Source: Vermamoeba vermiformis
Lineage: Eukaryota
NCBI GenBank assembly: GCA_045837725.1
Contig: JBEWZL010000149.1
Span: forward strand, 62,001-111,151
DNA length: 49,151 nt
Direction of reading: 5' to 3'
Under the pieces are notes generated by a model. The model saw only the letters and a program-made list of their open reading frames with translations. It was not told the DNA's origin and did not search any database. The position numbers were made by a program, and so were the translations under genes. Below, one piece after another: positions 41,139 through 49,151 of this stretch. Each line of letters opens with the position of its first letter. Position 1 is the stretch's first letter.

Positions 41139-41356
41139 AAATAACCCTTCCACGGTTTTAAGTCGTATTATTATGCTTGACGCTATGGTGGTAACTGCGT
41201 TAGATTCAATCATGATTTTGAAAAAAATAGATAAGTTGGGCTTCGTTTGGAGATCCAAAAATGTTTCTTTTTTAATAGGTAATAGTAATAATACAGGTTT
41301 TAAATAAATAATGCGCAGGTCTATGGTACAAAATGACTATTGATATTGTTGAGGTC

Positions 41357-43457
41357 TTACTCGTCAATAGCATCAAAATTGAGTTTGTTCGATGGTCGCA
41401 GATCTCCTCGGACAGATTTAAATATTTGTGGCCTTTTGAAGGTAAATCCTAATATAGTATGTCGATCTTGCATAACCTTTTGGCCTCGAATAGGCGTTGT
41501 TAGAATATCGAGGTAATGCGGATCGGCATCTGTTTCCTCTTCATTTTCGCTTAAAGAAGACTCTTCATCTTGTCCATTCTCCGTCTGATTTTCTTTATCC
41601 TCATCGTGGCACTATTTATAAATAAAATGAACGTCAAAAAACGAAAAATAAAATTGATAAAATTTTGTACTGGCCGGATGTATCGATTGTTTTAGTTACT
41701 TACGCCTGATGAAGCAAAAGAACTCTTTCCTTTCTCTTTGTCAAATGATCGGTTATGTCGTGATGTACTGCGCCTCTTTTCTTTTTCAGCGGTTTCATTT
41801 TCATTTTCGGATTCGCAGAAGTACGAGGTATCAAGCTCGTCATTGAGCTGTATTATGCAATATTAACGTCTATATAATGTTGATAATAATACGCACCTTT
41901 GGCACGAATAGCGGTTTGACTTGTTTTAAATTGTCCCAATCGAGATCGCGGAAGAACGGATGCGCTTTTATGCTTTGAACGCCATTATTACCTAATCGTT
42001 TATCAGGAGACGTCAAGAATCTAAAATTTAAATCAGAATATGAATTAAAATAAAATTTATAACCACGTACTGTTGAATCAGATCCGTTGCTTCCTCGCTG
42101 AAGTTGGGCCTAATATAAGTCTCTAACATATAGGGGACATATTCTCGCCAGTTCTTAATATTCTCGAAGACGGCATCGGGTGTTTCAGCACTAAATGGCG
42201 CGAATCCTAAGAAAATTAAAGTCAGAAACGAATCCGGTTCGTAACGTTAGAAAGATTCGATTTACCTGTCAACATTTCAAAGAATATGCAGCCAATTGAC
42301 CACCAATCGACCTCTCGACCGTAGCTTCTAGCATTATTATCGTACGTAAGCACTTCTGGGCTCATGTAATCGGGCGATCCGACAACGGAGAACGCTTTTT
42401 GTCTTTTTGTTAAATTTTGGCATGCGTTGAACGGAGTTCCTATAAAAATATTAATAATATGCATATCACATAATATTAGATTATTCTTACGTTGTCCACG
42501 AAGTCCAAATTGTTTTTTGGGCATTGGCGAAGCCAGTACGTGATGCTTGCTCGAAACACCTTCTTTAGAAAGACTAGAAAGACATTAATATAGACGTATT
42601 ATCAATATTTATCGCGTACCCAAAGTCAGTTAGCTTTAATCTACCCTGTGCGTCAATAAGAAAGTTGTCTGGTTTGAGATCCCTGTTTTCAGATGCGTTA
42701 AAAATGGTTCCGTATATGATTAGATGTGATATTAATATACCTATGAATGTACTCGAGCTGGTGTAGGCTATTAACGGCCATAATCATATCGGCTAAATAA
42801 ACTTTGGCTTCGTCTTCCGTCAAAGTCTGCAAATCGTCCAACAGACGGCGCAGATCTCCACCAGGACAATATTCCTAGAATAATACTTGATTAGTAAGAC
42901 CGTAATATGTATTTTATATTTACCATAGCTAAATAGAGCTTTTCGTTATCTTGAAATGAGTACATTAATTGAACCAAATACGACGTTAAATGCTTGGCGA
43001 GCACGTCTCGTTCATTTTTAATATTACGGACCTATATAAATAGTTGATAAGGAGATTTTAATCCAAATAATCAAGCTTACTTTGTTTTTCTTCCAAATAA
43101 GGGATTTTTTCATCATTTTTAATGCTAATAATTCGCCTGTATCCTTCTTTCGACATAAATGGACCTAATAATACGTTATATACGTATATATAGTAGAAAA
43201 GAATAAATACCTCACCAAAGGAGCCTTTTCCAATTTTTTTAAGCAAATGAAAATCTGCTAACGAGATCTTGGGCTTTGGAGCCGCAGATATTTTCATTTC
43301 TAAAGAGAAACGGCAGATATTAATAAAAATATAATTATTTAGGGTAATTCTTACTTTTTCGGAGCTGATCGACCGGAGGATCTGCATACAGCTCGCTTAG
43401 TGGTCGTTTTTTCTCCTTATATTTATGTAATAAGTCTTCAAACTCCTCGGACGCCAT
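41357..43457 (-). CDS. AGC kinase, NDR/LATS/Dbf2-like
   Basis: IGKGSFGEV, ALKMMKK, EYCPGGDL, HRDLKPDN, TDFGLS, AFSVVGSPDYMSPEVL, DWWSIGCI, C-terminal ILGFTFKR hydrophobic motif. Confidence 0.92.
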
Positions 43458-43631
43458 TTCATTAAGACGGTGTTGCGATTTGCTTGGAATTTTAATTGAT
43501 AATACGTCATTTTTGACCGTTACGCATTTAAATCTTTTGGCGCGCAAAAAAAATTGACGCTCAGTTTTTTCCAACCAATGTGAACTTCACATATATTTAC
43601 ATCGTTTATGTTTAAAAAGTAGCTGCATATT

Positions 43632-45428
43632 CTAAACACGTCTAGTATAGACAAAAACATCGTGGGTGAACGGATTCGCGATCTGTAAAGCATTTCTCAT
43701 CGAAAAGAATGCGGCGCCGGTTCCAAATATGCCGAGGCCTAATTAAAGGTATTAATATTGCGAAAAATTACTAAGAAATCGAAGGACGTACCACCCCAAA
43801 GTTGAATCCAGTCAAATCCGTTACGGAAGGCTAAAACAATCATAAAAATGCCCGCGCCGACAGCAGAGAGCAAAGAGAAAGCAACCAAAATTGTCATGTA
43901 ATTTCTCGTGACCACGTTTCGCGCCAACTTGAATCTATTTTCTTCCAATTTTCCTTCGAATTGAGCGTGTACCAGCGCAGCTTCAAATTCAGTGATGGAT
44001 GCTAGTTGATAGATACTTTGACGCGTATTATCGTTCTTATGGATGACCAATTGTCCGTAGTGAGCAATGCCCTCAGTTTTTCTGATTCTAATCTCCTTGA
44101 CCTCGGCCAAATTGACGCTGCTGATGCGAACTTTTCTGGAGGCCTGTTGCGCTATAATAATATTCTTTGAAGTAATAACAATGGCTTGTTTGCGATTCTT
44201 CATTGGCGTAGCGAATCCTAATGTCGGCAACAATACTGCAACGGGCAACATGATTTGTGTTATAGAGGTCCAACCGACAATGATGACCACCAGAATCAAG
44301 CCTAGGTGAAATAAATTAGTTCCAAGAAAATAAAATAAAATTGAATGGTTACTACGTGCCTGATGAAATCCATATGTAAAATCCGAGCATAAACCGAGAT
44401 AAGGAAACAACCAGATCGAGGTGCTGCGTAGTCTCAAGGACGAAATTGACCGCTTGATTTTCTCGCGAAATTTCCTTAGCGATGCTGTACCGCAGTTGAC
44501 TAGTCGTAATATTGTCCAATCCAAATGTAAACTTGTCATTCGCTTCAACATCGTCTTCCACGATCAAGTACTGCGAGGATAATAACTTTTCTTCTTCACT
44601 TGTAGCGGAACCGCGGAACAATTGTAAGACGTACAATAATGCGGTGAATCCAGTTCCAACCAATAAAATAACAAAGGCAGCGAACTAGTGAAATTTGATT
44701 AGTACATCCAAAATAAAAAAGTGTCTATTATCAAATTAAGGAGTGGTGACGTACCTCTGGAACTACTAATGTGTACCATAGACCTAAGATGGAGCTCACT
44801 GCACCAGTAATTGTAAGGCCAAAATAGGTTTCGTGTCGATCGCAAGCCTTGCACATGAAATTAGCATTTTGACTCGTCTCACCGCACTCTCTGCATCTCT
44901 TGTAGTCTCCTATAATATCAGTGTTATTAAAGTTGCCTCTAGAAGACAGGCAAAGGTTAGATCTTACCTCGTGCACCGGAGTTCATTTTGCATCGCAAGT
45001 TTTTTGCTTTAGATGATCTAAACCACGAAAATAAAGTAAAGGCCGTCAAGAGAATCATGGCAATAGTCAGACTAAAGGTTAATTAGTTTTTTAGGTACGG
45101 ATCTACCCCAGACTTACCAAAAGATGACTATGCCGTACTTCGAACAAATGTAAGGAGAAGTCGAAATTCGATTTAGAGCACATGTAAGCTCGGGGCATAT
45201 TTCGTTAGCAAAATTGACCAGGCCAGAACCGGAACACGTTGAGGTGGCATCTAATTTTATTTTAATTTTATTTTTGATAATACGATACGTACTCTTTAAT
45301 GTAAGACAAGTATTTGTTTCAGGGCACCACTGGCAAAATTCCCCACTAGTGAAATTAATCGCGTTTGTTGGCAGATTCCACTGATCAATTAAACAATCGC
45401 CACAACTGGAGGCAGTGCTGCAACTCAT
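43632..45428 (-). CDS. Uncharacterised multi-pass membrane protein with Cys-rich PSI-like N-terminus and CxxC..CxxC motif
   Basis: CSTASSCGDCL..CQWCPETNTC; CRECGE..CKACD; several hydrophobic segments; continuous frame requires a GC-AG intron 44302-44359. Confidence 0.7.
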
Positions 45429-45671
45429 TCTGTGTTACTCGATTGCTCAGGTACTTAAAATACATTCGCGGATACTTGTTGTTTAAATAGTTTGGTTTAA
45501 AATTATCCGTTTTCCTTTTTTTCGTGTTTTGGAACTTTTGGCGGCCAAGAAAATTCAGTACGTCACCAAAATCTGAGTACATTGCTTTTCCCTAATGCAT
45601 CCTAACGTATCATTGTGCCATAATTTTTAGCAGAAATAACGGATTTAAAGGGCTTTCAAGCTCGATCTTTT

Positions 45672-45837
45672 TTAATTACCGACAGTGTTCATGCGATCAA
45701 CAAGGCATAGAACAGCTCGATCAATGGAAGTGGTTCATTGCACGAAAAAGTGCTTCGACCGAGTGGCTTCAAACGAGTGTTTGGGGACCTCATCATAATT
45801 TTGGAAACGCGATGGCTGCGCAAAGCGCGCTGTCGCC
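45672..45837 (+). ncRNA. U1 snRNA-like gene with non-canonical 5' end (variant or pseudogene)
   Basis: SL1 stem TGTTC-ATGC/GCAT-A-GAACA with loop GATCAACAAG; SL2 loop ATTGCAC (45737-45743); SL3; Sm site AATTTTGG (45797-45804); SL4 45809-45836; length ~166 nt. Confidence 0.85.
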
Positions 45838-45983
45838 ACTCAATAACAAAGAAATAAACGGGGAAATGTGAGAGGAAAATTCAATTGAGGTGATTTTCGA
45901 ATACACTTCGAAGAACGGTTCTTTCGGCCGACCTCTTACGAGCATTTTTTGTTAAAGTTCATTTTATTTGTTTGTTTCGTTAT

Positions 45984-47691
45984 TTATTCGCTTGGAGCAC
46001 CGCTTTTGGCCTTTTCTGCTTCTTTTTCTTTCTTCAACTCGGTAACTAACGAAATTAATTCAACGTTAATCTTAGATGCGTCCGTCGCATGCTTGATCGC
46101 GTCATCCAGTCTGCCTTCAAGTCTAGCAATAACGGCCAAATTAAAGTGAGCAGTTGCAAAATTAGGTTCTATTTGAGCAGCTCGTTCAAACAACTTTCGA
46201 GCCTCATCCATTTTGCCAGCTTGTTGTAGCGCATCTAGAATAACGTAAGTTCAATTATGTAGAATAGTTAACTATGATATATTATACGTACTAGCTTTGT
46301 TGGAGATTGCAACTACGTTATTTCCATTAATTTCAATCGCCTTATCGTAAAATTGCAAGCTTTCATCCACCTTATTCTGTTTCAAACAAATGTTGGCTAA
46401 TTTCAAACAAATTTCATCCGATTTTGAATCGAGTGCAAATGCTCTTCTATAATAACCTTCAGCCTTCTCGTAATGATTCAATCTGTCGTGACTTAAGGCC
46501 AAGTTGACTAAGACTTCGTAATCATCAGGGATTCATTTCTTCTACGCGTTCAAAGTGTTTAATAGCGTCTTCATATTTAAGCAAATTAAAGTACGTCGTG
46601 CCAAGCGTGAAATGCGCTGTTGTTTCCATCGGGTTGAGTTCTACGGCGTGCGTCAACACTTTCTGTGCTTCATCGTACTTCTCCATAGAGAAATAAAGAG
46701 TGCCTAAGCATTAATACGTCAGAAAATAAATTACATCAGCAACGGATGTGCATCTGGATCGTAACCTAAATTTCTCTTCGGGAAAAAGAATTAATGCCAT
46801 CGACTAGTAGTATGATATAATATGCGATATGTAATTACGATATTCGATGGTCGCAAATGAAAGTTAAGCGGATCTGACTTACCCAAGTTAGAATAAACTT
46901 CAGGGTTGTTGGGATCGACTTCTTTAGCTTTCAACAAGGACTCGATCGCTTCATCCTTCTTGTGCAAGAAAAATAAAGAAATACCACGCTTGTTAAGAGC
47001 ACTAGCGTAATTACTATCGAGGGATAAAACTTTGTCGAACATTTTCAACGCGGTCGCGTGATCTCCTAAATTTTGGTAGGCAACTCCGCTATAGTGATAA
47101 GCCTACGAGAGTATTATTATTTAAATAATACTATTTTTAATGATAATTGAGTACCTGCAAGTAATCTGGATCCACTTCCAGCGCTTTGTTCAACACGTAG
47201 ATCGCTTCTTGGTAGTCTTTATTTTTCAAATGGCAAAATCCGAGAGCGACATATGCCTCTTTATTTCCAGGATTGATTTTAAGTTCTTTTTGGAACGCTG
47301 ATGTTGCAGGACCAATATTTCTGAAATATACGATCAGATCTTCGTTCTGACAATTTTCAAAAATATTTGCTTACTGGTTTCTTAAATAATGCAACCCCAT
47401 CTCCATATAATCCACGGTCTTTCTCTTCGCCATTTCATCCCGGCTAAATTAATAAAATTTTAATTATTATTTTCTAACGCGTAAATAATCATGTTTAACT
47501 TACCTGAGCGGTTTCATCGATACGTTTTTAGACGTAGAAAAATATTTTACATTTGATCGATGAACTTCTGATTGTCGGAAAAGAGTTTGATGAATCTGCT
47601 TTTTGTTAGCAGATCGCTTTCCAGATACAATAGTTGGCCTAGTGGATCTCGACACTACAGTCGATATGTTGCGGATACATCTTGCTAACAT
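45984..47691 (-). CDS. TPR-repeat protein with probable mitochondrial presequence; apparent +1 insertion at 46528-46530
   Basis: MLARCIRNISTVVSRSTR..; repeated TPR units such as AIESLLKAKEVDPNNPEVYSNLG and FERAAQIEPNFATAHFNLA. Confidence 0.88.
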
Positions 47692-47845
47692 TGTTTGTGG
47701 TTTGTAGTTCAGGAGTGAGCTCAACAAGTCACTTGTTTGAAAAAATGACAAAAGACGCAGCAGCGCACGAAACATTATAGTTCAAATACTGAGAGTCAGA
47801 CCACATAACTCAGCTAACTTTTACATAGTACGGGTGTACGGTATT

Positions 47846-49151
47846 ATGGTAATATCTTGGCAAAAGCGGAAATCGTTGAATTACTAATGTGGTTAGGAGG
47901 ACTTGCATCACGTAGAATTTCATTCGCTTCCAAATGAAGTTCAAAAGCTATTAGTTTCTTGGTTGAATTTAGATCTGCGTAGCGCTTTAAGGTAATTGAA
48001 TTGATCGATAAAAACCAGCAATTTTATTTTTAAAAATGTTGTAAGAGCTTACTCTTCACTTCCCAATAGTAGTACTACCAGCTGTACATGATTTCATAAT
48101 TTTACGTAATATTTTGGAATTTCTGAACGCCAGCAAACGCATCGACAACTATTTTTAACTCATCAAACCTAGGCTTCAAGCAATAAGCAAGACGTTCAAA
48201 CAACACGTCTGGGAAACATTATCACGCTTTGATTGCGCGTCAGTTGCTGAATCCGCTGTTCAAACTTTACTGGATCGGGTCATCCCCGCTGCATTGCTTA
48301 ATTTAGATTTATCGAGTAGATATAACTATTATTAGTACCTAACAAAAAAGCGGCTAATTGTTGTTAGGACGCGGAGAGGCTCTTGGATCCGAAGAAATTT
48401 TTAACCTTCGAAAAAAATTTCCGAATCTCATTACCCTTGCTGTTAAATTCAAAATATATGGGATGAACTTGGAGCATATCAAACATATTTTAGAGGAGCA
48501 GTCTGGTTCGTTAGCAGAATTAGCGTTCTATGGTGAAGCGCCTGAACTAGATTACATAAAGAACGCTTCAAGAACTCTACGTGTTATCATCAACAACATG
48601 GGAGAAGGCATCGGAGTATCGAACTTCAGCGACGAGGATATGGGCACTATTAATTTCAACGTGCCTACGGTTTACGTTAATTATCAACAGCAAGATCCGA
48701 TCCAAATCCAACAAAACGTAACCTGTGGTTCTTCGCTTGGAGACTACACGCTTATCGGAACAGAGAGCGGTACATTATACATATACAAAGACACTAAGAG
48801 TGATGCCGGGCTGGTTTTAGAACGCGTTGTGTCAGATGTACATTCTGAGCGGATCAACTCTATTACTCTCGCGCATGACCAGCTTGTAGTGGCATCTATG
48901 GTAAGATTACACTTTATAAATATCACTTTTCAGATATTTTTAAACTGTCGTAAAATATCATCAACATTGGTTCATGCATTAAATTTCCTTTTTAGGATGG
49001 TTTCGTATCGGCGTGGGTTCTGGATTCAGAGGAAGGCAATGGGGTTCCTATTTTGGCATTGAAGACTCAGATCCAGTTTTATCAACCTATCTACTACGCT
49101 TTCTATCACAAGTCATCGGAATACTATTTGGCTGCTTCCAAGCGAACGGTC
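47846..49151 (+). CDS. F-box protein with downstream WD40-like repeats (runs off the window)
   Basis: ATG-only first coding exon, then FHSLPNEVQKLLVSWL..ALRLQAISKTF (F-box); IGTESGTLYIY and VHSERINSITL..LVVASMDG (WD40-like). Confidence 0.7.

Noticed and set aside
46520-46535. Programmed +1 frameshift at CCC-TGA in the TPR gene
   Set aside because: The other frameshifts share no motif or direction; homopolymer error is simpler

Overview
Compact, intron-rich eukaryotic genomic DNA (standard code, mostly ~45-70 nt GT-AG introns, short intergenic gaps), most likely an amoebozoan: the Ras gene is RasC-type and a Dictyostelium-like snRNA upstream element is present. About 19 protein-coding genes were reconstructed by eye: a divergent mitochondrial aconitase, a GRIPAP1-like coiled-coil protein, an ependymin-like protein, a tandem pair of novel secreted/GPI proteins, a NADAR protein, Ras, a DUF6259-like glycoside hydrolase, a DsbA-like protein, an ICMT/PEMT-like protein, a ~1,990-aa DUF1800-DUF1501 fusion, a cytochrome P450, a DUF3755-like protein, a signal-peptide sHSP, a TMEM53-like protein, an NDR/Dbf2-like kinase, a Cys-rich membrane protein, a TPR protein, an F-box/WD40 protein and a partial GPI protein. 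The most interesting signals are non-coding: (1) an unrecognised ~111-nt structured RNA with its own upstream element and poly-T terminator inside an intron (20001-20111, minus); (2) a U1 snRNA with an intact body but an altered 5' splice-site-pairing end (45672-45837); (3) a full 5S rRNA gene inside an intron (40528-40646). Several single-base frameshifts in short homopolymers are probably assembly errors. Family assignments come from recalled motifs, not database searches.
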